A program made the translations under genes and the position numbers. The notes beneath the pieces were generated by a model. The model searched no databases, was not told the DNA's origin, and worked only from the letters and a program-made list of their open reading frames with translations. A DNA stretch of 64,000 nucleotides from Octopus vulgaris (lineage: Eukaryota), in contig OX597819.1 of NCBI GenBank assembly GCA_951406725.2, positions 9,176,001 through 9,240,000 on the forward strand, written 5' to 3'. This document shows, piece after piece, positions 11,122 to 24,806 of this stretch. Numbering within the stretch: the first letter of the stretch is position 1; every line of letters begins with the position of its first letter.

Positions 11122-12434
11122 TATATAGACTTCGTTTTTTTCTTAGAAAATGAAGGATAATGATACATATTAAGCATACTTTGAGTTTGTATTTAACAGA
11201 AACCCATAATGACATTATAACATTGAATGACATAATGAATTACTTAGCCACATAAGCAGAATTTCGACAGATAACTTCAAAAACCCTATTAATCATGTAA
11301 TCTATCAATTTCTTAATAGTAGCAGATTTGACTGCCTCTGCTGCAGCTTTGATGGTCGCCCATAAGACATCTTTCGACGTGAATTGGCGCCCATTGGCAT
11401 GAGCATCTTGTTTAATGATGGACCAAAGATTTTCAAGAGAGATCCGGTGATGCAGGCGGCCACACCATCAACCTTTCATCTTGTATGTCATAAGACCCTA
11501 GTAATGTTTGGGTGGTCCTAGCAGAGTGGCAAGGAGTGTTGTCATGCATGAATACGTGATTCCTTAGAAGTGACAGTGGTATGTCATCTAGCCAGGGATT
11601 CAAGATCTTCTTCAGGAGATTGCAGTAAGCGGCTGCAGTCACTTTAACCCCTTCAGGCATCCTGACTGGGCCAACAAGTCTGTCCCCAATGATACCAGCC
11701 CACAACATGACTCTTCCACCCTGTTGTTGACGTCGTAAACGTTGGTGACGCTCATCTCCAAAATAGACCCAACCATTTGCCCAGCCATCAGGTCCGTCAA
11801 GAGTCGCCCTGGTTTCGTCAATGAACAGAACACAATTTATGTCTAGCGTCATGGACTTTTTGGCCCATTGAAGCCTCAAACTCCTGTGACGGGGTGTTAA
11901 AGGAAACAGTTTCAGGGGTTCTCGCACGGAAGCCATGGTCCCGAGAATGTAATTTCTGGTAGTTTTTGGTACATAAGGAAGTCCGGAAGTGTTGAAAATG
12001 GCCCTGCTTGTTTGTCCAGGTTTCCCATGAAACTTGCGGTCAATATTCCTTAAGTCACAGTCTTGGAAGTCCCACAAGCGGATCATTTTCCTTGGTGAAG
12101 GGTCCTCCAGGAATCGTCTAACTGTGTCCACGTGACGGCTTAACTTCTTTGCAATGACATGAAGAGAGGTGCCTTTAGCACTTTCTTTGATTATGACAGA
12201 CGTTTCTTCATCGTTCAGACCTTTTCCACGTTCCATTGATCTTAGAGAGGAGAGACACTATTAGCGACGTTCACACAAAAACTGAAGAATCTGAAATAAA
12301 AAAGAACAATGAAAACATAACAATGGTGTTGCCATAGAGTACAATCCAGAAGGGAAACATTATATCAAATTCGATTCGCAGAAAACCGAGAAATCCTAAA
12401 TTTCACTCCTAAGCTATTAGCGTGGTTCTGGGTG
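11122..12434 (-). mobile_element. Tc1-family DNA transposon; transposase pseudogene 12236 to ~11240
   Basis: 267-aa ORF with N-terminal HTH, LFIDE, FMHDN and WPPASPDL, then ENLW after a stop. TIR CACCCAGAACCACGCTAATAGC next to TA. Confidence 0.92.
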
Positions 12435-12842
12435 TATACCACTGAAGGATTTCGTATGTACAGAAAATGAAATGCTGGAAACTCAGGTTCTGATTAAAAT
12501 CTTCGGTCACCATACTTGATAATGTGAAGTGAGGGAGGCGTGTGTGTAATGCACACAGCATGTACAAGAATGATAGAACTAATTGATAGACACTTAGAAT
12601 GAGAAATATCCATCAGTGGTTTATTATCATTATTAAGAGATTAGATGAATTGAATTTTGGACGTTCATACCATCTCTAAAAGTATTTGTAAAAGAAGTGA
12701 TATATCCATAACTCGAAAAGGAACATTGGCCGCAGACTCCGTTAAAGCTTAGAAGCCATATCATGGTAGTAACTACTTTCAAACGACTGGATAATTGTAC
12801 TTATCCCACGCGCGGATGTGATATCAAGTGATATGGTAATCA

Positions 12843-14009
12843 AGTCATCAAGTGATATGGTAAAATTTGACAGCGGCTCATTTTGCACCATTATTATATT
12901 TTGACAATCTTTATTTGTTTTTCTTAGAAAGCTGAAATATCTTTTTCTTATTCTAACTCATTTTGAACTTTATAAATCATTTTTTGCTATTTTTGTTTAG
13001 AGCTGGATAAATCGGAAATTCGTACAGTTTTGAAATACGAGTTCTTTCTTGGAAATACTGCATCACGGACAGCTCAGAATATTAATGGAGTATTTCATTC
13101 TAATGTTATTACACAGCAGACAGTGTCAAATTGGTTTGCAAAATTTCGTTCTGGTAACCTCACAAATGAGCAACGCAGTCGACCAGAAACAAAGGTGGAT
13201 GATGACGGACTGAAAGCCACTGTCGAGTCAGATCCATCTCAAAGTGTCCATGAATTATCGTTGTAGTTTGGTGTTAGCAAGCAAACAATATTGACTCACC
13301 TAGTTCCAATCGGTAAAGTGAAAATTTTGGATAAGTGGGTTCCACATGAACTCAATGAAAATCAGAAACAGCAACGTTTAGAAGCCCGGATTTCAGCACA
13401 AAAGTTGGACAAAGACGAGACATCAAAACACAGTCCAAAAAGCAAAATTCATCAAAAGAAGCTGATGGTGAGTGTTTGGTGGTCTGGCGCAGGTGTGATC
13501 CATTATGATTTCATTAAACCTGGCTCATCAATCACGGCCGAAGTATGCTGCAGCCAACTGGACCAAATGATGCAGAAACTTATAAAAAGAAAAAAAAAAC
13601 AGCCTAGATTAGTCAACAGGTCCACTCCTATTTTATTGTAAGACAACGCCAGACCACACATCGCAAAAATGACATTGGCAAAACTACATGAGTTGGAGTT
13701 GGAAGTTCTCCATCATCCACCATACTCATCTGATCTTGCCCTCAGTGACTACCACTTCTTCCAGAATTTGAATAACTTTTTGATAGGAAAAAATTTAATT
13801 CCGACAATGCTGTAAAACAGCATCGAAGATTTTATTGACTCTAGATTGCCAGGCTTTTACAGTTCCGGGCTGGACAAGCTACCACTGAAATGGCAAAAGT
13901 GTATTGAGAATAAGGGTGCATACTCTGATGAATAAAACTATCCCTTGTATTTATAAAATATAAGCAAACTTTTTTTTCTTTTCTACACATTTCATACTTG
14001 ACGACCTAA
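12843..14009 (+). mobile_element. mariner transposon, decayed DD34D transposase
   Basis: WFAKFRSG, KWVPHEL, KKLMVSVWWS, DNARPH, HPPYSSDLA.SDYH. Right TIR ..gacgacctaa|TA; left TIR degraded. Confidence 0.9.
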
Positions 14010-14189
14010 TAATTTTCACAACTGATCGCCCCTTGTCAGAAGTATGTGCAAATAAATATAAAGAACAGATGAAAACAAATTCAGAACATTGACATAGATT
14101 TAAATATTAAGTTAAAAGCAAATGTACTGAACACTGTACTTAACTATTGAAAGTTTCCTCTCACTTAGGAGCAGAAAGCAAAAGACTAA

Positions 14190-14432
14190 GAGCAATCGTT
14201 TGCAACTTACATAGCAACTCCACCATGGCTCCTTTCTTTCCTGTCGGTCCGTAATACAACATACTGTGGTATGTGTATTTCCGCATCTGCTATATCTGGT
14301 GTCAGGTGTGTTTCCGTAAGTGCTATGCATTAGACTTGATTGCATATAACAAGGTCTCCCAAGAAAGGGATTTTTGTCCTGTTACTGAGTGTTAGCAGTC
14401 CTCTGATGTTCAGTAGGAGCATCGAGGTGATG
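14190..14432 (-). pseudogene. APE endonuclease N-terminus of a CR1/L2-type LINE ORF2
   Basis: Manual translation: LLLNIRGL..K..*CIALTETHLTPDIADAEIHIPQYVVLRTDR..RSHGGVAM. Confidence 0.82.
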
Positions 14433-14726
14433 TGTGTGTTGTTGCCAGTGGTGCCCACTGGTGGTGGTCTTGTGTATTGTGGATAGTCCCATCTGTGAGA
14501 TTGATGGAGCCAGGTAGCTGCTGTACAATATTTTGTGCCATGCACAAAAAAGATTGTTGTTCAGCAGCTGCCTTTTCAATAACATGCTATTATATAAATA
14601 CTTACATATAAATTTGACATGAGTGGTTCTTTCTTGTCTTGGGATTCACGGTCAAACAGCTGGGTGGAATTGAGTGAAAAATTACACAGATGTGTAGAAT
14701 GATCCGATGGGATGCTGGGCTTTGTA

Positions 14727-14916
14727 TTTTTTCATAGCTCCCATGGTTACTGAGATAGTATACTATAATAATACTCTTGTGTTTATGAATGAGAAAGGAA
14801 GGAGTGTTGGATGAATAAAGGAAGGGGTGATGTCATTTTTTTCATTGCTCCCATGGTTACCGAGATAATCTACTAAAATAATACCTTTGTGTTTATGAAT
14901 GAGAAAGGAAGGAGTG
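14727..14916. repeat. Direct duplication, ~110-bp period
   Basis: ttttttcat.gctcccatggttac.gagata..ttgtgtttatgaatgagaaaggaaggagtg occurs twice. Confidence 0.85.
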
Positions 14917-14931
14917 AGCTGAAACTAGATG

Positions 14932-14976
<45 letters not shown>

Positions 14977-14978
14977 GC

Positions 14979-15038
14979 TTGCACTGAAGATTAAAAAGTG
15001 CATTTTGTGCACTAATTATGAAATCATATGATATGCAG
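14979..15038 (+). ncRNA. Type I hammerhead ribozyme (AUA site)
   Basis: Stem I TTGCA/TGCAG, core CTGAAGA, stem II with AGTGCA/TGCACT, GAA, palindromic stem III ATCATATGAT, H17 = A15033. Confidence 0.75.
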
Positions 15039-15353
15039 CTGAGTTTGTTTATAGGAGGCTCGCTTCGAGAGTTGCATTCCCTCGAATTCGGTACAATGTG
15101 TTTATTTATTATGGTAGTTTTAACTTTAAAAAGTTCCTCCTAGCCTGAGGCATTTATGTATAGGAATGCCCTTAATATAAGTAAATATATTTAAGAGGAA
15201 TGAATTGATGGATTTTTACCTTATGAGGTTTTTCACGCTAACAACTTGATAAATTCTTATAAAGATTTTATCCTATTTTTCAATTATACATACATACATA
15301 CATACATACATACATACATACATACATACATACATACATACATGTATATATAC

Positions 15354-15412
<59 letters not shown>

Positions 15413-15426
15413 GATAATAATAATAA

Positions 15427-15452
15427 CTAGCTGGACCCGTGAAAATTCACGG
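15427..15452 (-). mobile_element. Helitron 3' terminus (family other than H1)
   Basis: Minus strand reads CCGTGAA-TT-TTCACGG hairpin then GTCCAGCTAG|T. Confidence 0.6.
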
Positions 15453-15527
15453 AATATATAAAAAATGTAAGCATCTGTAAATTGTGTGCTGGTGCCGTGA
15501 CAAATGTTTCTATATTCTGACAGTTAA

Positions 15528-15890
15528 AGGCAGCGAGCTGGCAGAAACGTTAGCACGCCGAGCGAAATGCCTAGCGGTATCTCGTATGCCGCTACGTTCT
15601 GAGTTCAAATTCAGCCGAGGTCGACTTTGCCTTTCATCCTTTCGGGGTCAATTAAATAAGTACCAGTTACGCACTGGGGTCGATATAATCGACTTAATCC
15701 GTTTGTCTGTCCTTGTTTGTCCTCCCTGTGTTTAGCCCCTTGTGGGGAGTAAAGAAATAGGTATTTCGTCTGTCTTTACGTTCTGAGTTCAAATTTTACC
15801 GAGGTCGACTTTGCCTTTCATCCTTTCGGGGTCGATAAATTGAGTACCAGTTGCGTACTGCGGTCGATCTAATTGACTGACCCTCTCCCC
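15528..15890 (+). mobile_element. SINE family C followed by a second partial copy
   Basis: Full copy to ~15760, then a headless copy. Confidence 0.87.
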
Positions 15891-16011
15891 ACCAAAAGGT
15901 ATATTGCGACAGTTACAGAATATAGAAAGAAGGATAAATTTCAGTTACGCAAACGTAAACAGTATTACTATTTAGCCTTAAAATACACCGTACATATTCA
16001 TCGTACATAAT

Positions 16012-16393
16012 GGAAGCACTCCGTCGGTTACGACGACGAGGGTTCCGGTTGATCCGATCAACGGAACAGCCTGCTCGTGAAATTAACGTGTAAGTGGCTG
16101 AGCACTCCACAGACACGTGTACCCTTAACGTAGTTCTCGGGGATATTCAGCGTGACACAGAGAGTGACAAGGCCGGCCCCTTTGAAATACAGGTACAACA
16201 GAAACAGGAAGTAAGAGTGAGAGAAAGTTGTGGTGAAAGAGTACAGCAGGGATCACCACCATCCCCTGCCGGAGCCTCGTAGAGCTTTAGGTGTTTTCGC
16301 TCAATAAACACTCACAACGCCCGGTCTGGGAATCGAAACCGCGATCCTATGACCACGAGTCCGCTGCCCTAACCACTGGGCCATTGCGCCTTC
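16012..16393 (-). mobile_element. SINE family B
   Basis: Full-length ~380-bp match. Confidence 0.9.
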
Positions 16394-16477
16394 ACTTTTA
16401 ATGGCCTACCATTGTATACAGTGCGTTTCTCTGCCCTAGGTATCAGAAAGACACTCGGCAAGGAATGGAAACAGAAT

Positions 16478-17047
<570 letters not shown>

Positions 17048-17065
17048 ATAATAATAATAATAATG

Positions 17066-17114
<49 letters not shown>

Positions 17115-17128
17115 TAATAATAATAATG

Positions 17129-17513
17129 ATAGCAAGAGCACTCAGAGAGCGCAAACCTCTGCCAAGGCAACACAAACGTCCCTTCAACGATGAGCCAGAG
17201 ATGATTTTTAAAAGGAGAATATCAGAAATAAACTCGACTGTTCTCACGAAATAGAATACTAAAAATGAACCCGACAGCTCTCAAAAATTAAGTAAAAAAA
17301 AAATAACAGGAAATGTAATCCAGAATCCTTGTCCGGTACCGGATAGATCCGAAAATCTAATCAGTTTGTGTCAGTCACGAGGCCAAACATCCCTGAAAGT
17401 TTCATCCGAATCCATTCAACGGTTCTTGAGATATCTTGTCTATGGACAAACAAACAAACAAACAAACACGACTGAAAACAATACCCCCGCCTTAGCTAAG
17501 GTGGGGGTAATAA
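17129..17513 (-). mobile_element. Helentron/DINE-like non-autonomous element
   Basis: Minus strand: TTATTACCCCC hairpin, (GTTT)n, GATATCTCAAGAACC..ATGAAACTT core, 3' GCGCTCTCTGAGTGC hairpin. Confidence 0.65.
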
Positions 17514-17582
17514 AAGAACGACGGACAGATAACCACGAATACTATGAAATGGTTGATTTATGATTTACACACACTACTGAAT

Positions 17583-17965
17583 GGAAGCACTCCATCGGTT
17601 ACGACGACGAGGGTTCCGGTTGATCCGAATCAACGGAACAGCCTGCTCGTGAAATTAACGTGTAAGTGGCTGAGCACTCCACAGACACGTGTACCTTTAA
17701 CGTAGTTCTCGGGGATATTCAGCGTGACATAGAGAGTGACAAGGCCGGCCCCTTGAAATACAGGTACAACAGAAACAGGAAGTAAGAGTGAGAGAAAGTT
17801 GTGGTGAAAGAGTACAGCAGGGATCACCACCATCCCCTGCCGGAGCCTCGTGGAGCTTTTAGGTGTTTTCGCTCAATAAACACTCACAATGCCCGGTCTG
17901 GGAATCGAAACCGCGATTCTACGACCGCGAGTCCGCTGCCCTAACCACTGGGCCATTGCGCCTCC
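17583..17965 (-). mobile_element. SINE family B with 10-bp TSD
   Basis: Full length, flanked by acacactact on both sides. Confidence 0.9.
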
Positions 17966-18427
17966 ACACACTACTATGCAGCACTCCTCCAAAAACATGC
18001 AGTAAATATCCAATAAAATGAACAAACCGCATGACATGTGCCATAGAAGTCCGATACCCAACAGAAGAACACAACCTGCACTACACAAACAACACACAAT
18101 ACAAAACTAATACAACAGAAGACTCAAACCAAACTCCATAACAAAACATACTGATGCAATACAGTATTCCCCAAAAGAGAAAAAAACCGAAGCCGCACAC
18201 TTCACCAGCTCAAATGTGCAGCAAGAGATGCAATAAAATGTTATTTGAAACTATCAGATGTCGAAAAATTATAATGGTGATGACGATGGGGACGAACGTT
18301 ACCTTACCTCAGTTTATGAAAGACAGGAGTTTGCGTAGAAACTCCGGTTGTAACAATGGAAATGAGGTTGGACCTTTAAGGGAGGGCCTCTCGCTCGGCA
18401 GTGGTTCAGCAAAGCTGCAGATTGAGA

Positions 18428-18651
18428 GGCGGCGAGCTGGCAGAATCGTTAGCACGCCGGGCGAAATGCTTTGCGGCATTTCGTCTGCGGCTACGTTCTA
18501 AGTTCAAATTCCGCCGAGGTCGACTTTGCCTTTCATCCTTTCGGGGTCGATTAAATAAGTACCAGTTATGCACTGGGGTCGATATAATCGACTTAGTCCG
18601 TTTGTCTGTCCTTGTTTGTCCCCTCTGTGTTTAGCCCCTTGTGGGTAGTAA
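18428..18651 (+). mobile_element. SINE family C
   Basis: Full-length match. Confidence 0.88.
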
Positions 18652-19387
18652 AAAAAAAGAAAAAAGCTGCAGATTGACCACTGCTGTTATCCTAAGACAG
18701 ATTTGGGTAGAGAAGGGTATGTTTAAAGTGACTGAGCAGAGAGACTAGCAGATGAAGCTAATGCTATTAGGAGAAGAAAGTGGATGACAGAATTGGAGGT
18801 GGAAGAGATCACAAGAGAACTGGAAAAGAAAGACTAACAACAACGTAAGAGATATAGCTCAGATCAAGAAGAACCTAAAGGGAAAAAAAAATAATAATAG
18901 CGCTACCAATAAGGAAGGGACAACTGGCACCAGCGATTTAAGTGATTTAAGTGAGGAAGATCAGAAGAATTTAGATGAGTTGCTGGAAGTAATGAGTAAA
19001 GAAGTAAGAAAAAGATTGCCAACATTAAATGGAACCAAGAGAAGGAAGCTGCTGGATATGACTAGGAAAGTAGATTTTGTTATCAGTAGGATAGATGCTA
19101 GAAATATAGGAAACATTGACTTATTGATTTATGCAGGAGGGGTAGTAGTTACAAGAAGATTAGATATTTTACAAGGAAAGATTAGAAAAGAGCAAATGTG
19201 GAAAAGGAGATTACGAAACAAAGTGAAGACTTTAAAACAAGATCTGAGTAGAATAGAAGACTGAAAACTGAACAAGTTAGAAAACACATGATTTAAATCT
19301 TCTCTTGAGAAAAGATACTTTGTCAATGAAAAAGGATTTGGGACAGTCATAGAAGAGTTGAAACAGCGTATCATAGCAGAAAAGAAT

Positions 19388-19809
19388 ACTCTCTCTCTTT
19401 TTACTTTTTTATTTGTTTCAGTCATTTGACTGCGGCCATGCTGGAGCACCGCCTTTAGTCGAGCAAATCGATCCCGGGACTTATTCTTTTTGTAAGCCCA
19501 GTATTTATTCTATCGGTCTCTTTTGCCAAACCGCTAAGTGACGGGGACGTAAACACACCAGCATCGGTTGTCAAGCAATGCTAGGGGAACAAACACAGAC
19601 ACACAAACATATACACACACACTTATATATATATACATATATATACGACAGGCTTCTTTCAGTTTCCGTCTACCAAATCCACTCACAAGGCTTTGGTCGG
19701 CCCGGGGCTATAGCAGAAGACACTTGCCCAAGATGCCACGCAGTAGGACTGAACCCGGAACCATGTGGTTGGTTAGCAAGCTACTTACCACACAGCCACT
19801 CCTGCGCCT
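19388..19809 (-). mobile_element. SINE family A (nested)
   Basis: Full-length match. Confidence 0.9.
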
Positions 19810-20662
19810 ATATAAATCAGTATCAACACAATAGATTATTTGTGACAGACCAGATATTTTATAACCAAATCAATTGTGGAGAAGAAAGTGCTAAAGATGA
19901 GAAACTTAATTCAGAAGAAGCTAGATAGTTCTGGAGTAATATTTGGAATAAACCAGTCAATCATAATTGAGATGCAGTATGGTTAAAGAAAGAGATGGAA
20001 GAAGTAGTGAGAGAGAAGCAGCCAGATCTAGGACTAACCAGTGCATTAATGAGTACAGTGTTAGAAAAAATGCCGGATTGGAAGGACCCAGGACTAGATT
20101 TAGTCCAAGGATACTGGTTAAAGAAATTTAGTAGTTTACATGGGAGGCTGAGGGAACAGCTTCAGGATTGCCTTAATGGAGGAATGATAGCAGACTGGAT
20201 GACCAGATGGATAAACGCAAGGGTAATACAGCTAGCGATAATAGACCAATCACTTGCGTACCATTAGTGTGGAAACTGTTAACAGGAATGCTTTCAGAAA
20301 GCATTTATTAGCACCTTGACAACCAGAATTTACTGCTAGAACAGAAAAGCTGCAGAAAGAAGGCTAGAGGAACGCATGATCTATTATACACAGACAAAGC
20401 AGTTCTAAATGAAGTAAAAGCTATAAAGAAAAATCTAACAATAGCTTGGATTGATTATAGGAAAGCCTATGACATGATCCCATATTCATGGATAAGTGAA
20501 TTTTTGAGTATAAGTGAATGTTTGAGTACTGACACAGTACTAACTCTAGAAACGAAAACGAAAATTGGAAAGGAGTACATCACAAGGGTGAGGAAGCTAA
20601 TGAAATCAAAGTTAAATGGTTCGAATCTAGTGAAGGCTGTAAATATTTGGGCAATGGGTGGG

Positions 20663-21044
20663 GGAAGCACTCCGTCGGTTACGACGACGAGGGTCCCGGT
20701 TGATCCGAATCAACGGAACAGCCTGCTCGTGAAATTAACGTGTAAGTGACTGAGCACTCCACAGACACGTGTACCCTTAACGTAGTTCTCGGGGATATTC
20801 AGCGTGACACAGAGAGTGACAAGGCCGGCCCTTTGAAATACAGGTACAACAGAAACAGGAAGTAAGAGTGAGAGAAAGTTGTGGTGAAAGAGTACAGCAG
20901 GGATCACCACCATCCCCTGCCGGAGCCTCGTGGAGCTTTAGGTGTTTTCGCTGAATAAACACTCACAACGCCCGGTCTGGGAATCGAAACCGCGATCCTA
21001 TGACCGCGAGTCCGCTGCCCTAACCACTGGGCCATTGCGCCTCC
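20663..21044 (-). mobile_element. SINE family B (nested) with 12-bp TSD
   Basis: TSD tatttgggcaat at 20644-20655 and 21047-21058. Confidence 0.92.
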
Positions 21045-21807
21045 ACTATTTGGGCAATATCATTACTTAGATACTCAGTAGCTTTTGTGGATTGGACAAA
21101 AATTGAATCAGTAAAGCTAGCCAGAAGAACTAGGAAGGAATTCAATATGAATTGATGACTCCACCTAAGAGTAGGAGGAGCAAGATTATACTTACCTAGA
21201 AAGGAAGGCGGGAGAGGGTTAATAATCAGTAGAAGACTGCGCGGAGTTAGCTAGAGTAGATAGAGGCTCCTATGTAGGTAAGAGTGAAGAAAGTTTATTA
21301 AAAGCTGCTAAAGTCACAGCAAGACATAAGGCCCCCCCCCACCCATACACATACACAAAAAAAAAACGAAGTTTTAAACCAGGAAAACAACATAAGAATG
21401 CTTTTCATGATAGATTTCCCAAAATAGTTGCAGCAAATAGTAGTAGTGGTTATTGTTTATAGAAAGAAAGGCTGAAAAGGGAGAAAGTTTCTTAGCAGCA
21501 GCAGCAGAAGCGAAGATAGACAAAACCCAAGTAGATTCCCAATGTAGGTTATGGAAATGAAAAGAGGAATTGTGTTACTCATATAGTAAGTGAACGTAAC
21601 ATGCTGGCACAGAAAGAATACAAGAAAGGGCATGACAACCAAGGGAGAGTAATCCACTGAGGGTTATGTAGAAAGCTAGGATTTGACCATACTGATTAAT
21701 AGTAGGAACATGAACCTAGTAAATTACTAGAGAGTAAGAAATATAAGATGTTGTGGGACTTTAACATTCAGACTGACAGAGTAATAGAAGCTAGAAGGTC
21801 TGATTTA

Positions 21808-21963
21808 GGAGTGGCTGTGTGGTAAGTAGCTTGTTTACCAACCACATGGCTCCGGGTTCAGTCCCACTGCGTGGCACCTTGGGCAAGTGTCTTCTACTAT
21901 AGCCTCGGGCCGACCAAAGCCTTATGAGTGGATTTGGTAGACGGAAACTGAAAGAAGCCCATC

Positions 21964-22008
<45 letters not shown>

Positions 22009-22225
22009 TGTGTGTGTTTGTGTGTCTGTGTTTGTCCCCCTAGCATTGCTTGACAACCGTGTGTTTATGTCCCCGTCACTAAGCGGTTCGGCAAAAGAGA
22101 CCGATAGAATAAGTACTGGGCTTACAAAAAGAATAAGTCCCGGGCTCGAGTTGCTCGACTAAAGGCGGTGTTACAGCATGGCCGCAGTCAAATGACTGAA
22201 ACCAGTAAAAGAGTAAAAGAGTAAA
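21808..22225 (+). mobile_element. SINE family A (nested)
   Basis: Near full-length match. Confidence 0.9.
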
Positions 22226-22582
22226 GAGAATAGACAGTGCCAGATATTTGACCTTACAGTCCCAAAAGACGAAAAAATCAATATGAGAGGTATAGAAAAA
22301 ATAGCAATTGAATTACAGAGACTGTGGAAAGTGTGGATAAAATGTATCCCAATAGTTATGGGTGCATTAGGAACTATCACTAAAGATTTGAACAGATGGA
22401 TAAAGATTTGAACAGATAGGCATAAAACCCAGTTTAGTACAGCTCCAGAAAACAGTGATATTAGGGGACAGCTAGGATACTTAGGAGGGTTTTTGGCATC
22501 TAAGGTTACTTGTTATAGTCCATGATAACTAATTGTTCAAGAAAGAGACGCCGGTGTGGGTTTGGTTTCTAATCCAACACCT

Positions 22583-22587
<5 letters not shown>

Positions 22588-22620
<33 letters not shown>

Positions 22621-22714
22621 ACGCACACACACACACACACACGCACACACATACACACAGACACACACACACATGCACACACACGCGCACACACACACAC
22701 ACACAGACACACAC

Positions 22715-22773
<59 letters not shown>
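22588..22773. repeat. (CA)n microsatellite
   Basis: Directly visible. Confidence 0.95.
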
Positions 22774-22776
<3 letters not shown>

Positions 22777-22959
22777 ATCAATCTAAGCCTCTTTTACAGT
22801 TTAATGTCACAACCATTAAACTTTGAGACAGCTTATAAACATGTTTTGGAGAATAAATGACAAGTTGTAGGACACACAGACATACAATCAGGCGCTCCTG
22901 CACCCTTACAAACAATTACACACGCACGCGTGCACAGACACACATACAAGCATGCACGC

Positions 22960-23193
22960 GTTTTAAAGATGACAGTCGCAGTGGAAGACCTTCAAAATTG
23001 GATGAAGATGTTTTGAAGGAAAAAAATCGAAGGAAGCTCAAATATTATGACTGGAGAACTTGCAGAGGAATTGGAAGTTTCTATAAGTAAGACTCATGAA
23101 CACCCAGAGAAGATAGGAGACATTTCTCGCTATAATGTATGGGTCCCTCACAAATTCTCAAAAAAGAATTCCTTGGACCTTTATTCCGTTTGT
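22960..23193 (+). mobile_element. mariner transposase fragment
   Basis: DDSRSGRPS..VWVPHKF, near-identical to ~27040-27270. Confidence 0.85.
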
Positions 23194-23579
23194 CCTTGGG
23201 TAGCTGCTGTTATTTCCTGTTTGCTTACCCCTACAAAGTATGAAAAAGGGTTAATATTTCCTTTAAACTTTGCCTTTGTTAAATTTATTCAAACCCTCAA
23301 GAATCTCTCTCAATACATGGCTATGTTGGTCCCCTACTACTCCTGCTCATCATCTGAGGTGCATATATTGCCAGTCACTAAGAAATATGCTCAAGTGGTT
23401 AAGGTCAAGCAACTGACAAGCAAATCTGTAGCACTGAGCAGAATATTTGCTATAATGATATTTCTACTTCAGCAACTCAGCGCCGAATCTGTCTAAAATG
23501 AAATGGAAAATAGGCCAGTTTCAGAAGTTTCATATCACAAAAGCAAAGTTTGAAGGGAATAGTAGTTATTTCCTTTGAT

Positions 23580-24122
23580 GGATCTTTTCAAATTTGTGGC
23601 CAGGACCCCAGATCTTTCTAGTTAACTAAATAATTTGAAACTTTGTGTACTCATAGAGTGGAACTAGTTTATTCGCCAGTTGGAACTAGTTTATTTGAGA
23701 AAAATCTATTTTATGACTTTAATCGTAGATTAAAACTGCGAATTTTAACCAATGAGATTGCTTGTTTTCATATCTAAAACGTTACTGCGATCTGTTAGTG
23801 TGACGTTGAAAGCAGTTTTGTGACGTAGTTGAAGACGGCTTATAAGCACGTCTGCTATTTCTAAAAAGCTTTGTGTGTGGTAAAGTAATTTTTTTACTTT
23901 ACCATATTTTTATAAATTATATCGGAGAATCCATATTTTTATAACATATATCGGAGAATCCATGTGATTTTTCGTTGTTTTTCTCTTATACGTATGTGAA
24001 TTATTTCTGAGTATGCATTGTCTGGGAGACTTTTTCTTGCAGTTGAGAAATTTTTGGCTGCTATTTCTAAAAAGCTCGGTGTGTGGTTAAGTAATTTTTT
24101 TACTTTACCATATTTTTATAAA

Positions 24123-24165
<43 letters not shown>

Positions 24166-24806
24166 TTACTCGGTGTATGTGTATATGTATGTCTGCATGT
24201 GTGTGTGTATGTATGTGTGTGTGTGTGTGTAAGTATGTGTAAAAAATTACATTGAATTGGCCATACATACATACATACATACATACATACATACATACAC
24301 ATACACAGATACATACACACATACATTCAGGCATATACACATACACCGAGTAAAAAATTTCAGTTATCTCTCTCTTTCACACATTACTCTCTCTGTCTCT
24401 TCACACACACTAACAGAAGCACTTCACTTACACAACATACTGTCTCCCACACCCCATCAAACACACACACACACATGTACATCAATGCTTCCCCTAGACG
24501 GTAACTTCAAAGACAAACTTTTGTTATTAGAAGGTGGCTGACTATAGCTTGTTTACATTTAAGATGTTTAATACGTCACGAAATTGGTGGTCGAGACGGA
24601 GTAAATAAAATAAAGCCGAATGACGGAATATCATTGGTTAAAATTCTAATTATTAAACAACGTTAAACTTAGAAGTTACAATTCCGTTTTCATTCTGGTT
24701 TACAATTAAGTTTACTTTTGACACATTCTACCAGTATACGAAGTTTCAAATTGTTTGGTTCAGTAGGAAAAATTTGAAAAAACTGGCTTCAGAATAGAAA
24801 AGATCC
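23580..24806. mobile_element. Non-autonomous TIR element (Merlin- or MULE-like) with long imperfect TIRs and nested inserts
   Basis: Ends GGATCTTTTC / GAAAAGATCC, inverted similarity extends ~230 bp, 8-bp flanks cctttgat / ccattgat. Confidence 0.65.

Larger units (their letters stand above)
18690..22525 (+). mobile_element. R4/Dong-type non-LTR retrotransposon (RT + RLE), heavily decayed, with three nested SINEs
   Basis: WKRRL, WKDPGLDLVQGYWLK, AWIDYRKAYDMIPYSWI, KSKLNGSNLVKAVNIWA, RLYLPRKEGGRGL, WDFNIQTDRVIEARRSDL and PIVMGALG occur in order. Confidence 0.88.

Noticed and set aside
11433-12236. 267-aa transposase ORF as an intact or domesticated gene
   Set aside because: It stops just before the catalytic Glu (ENLW) and still lies within TIRs.
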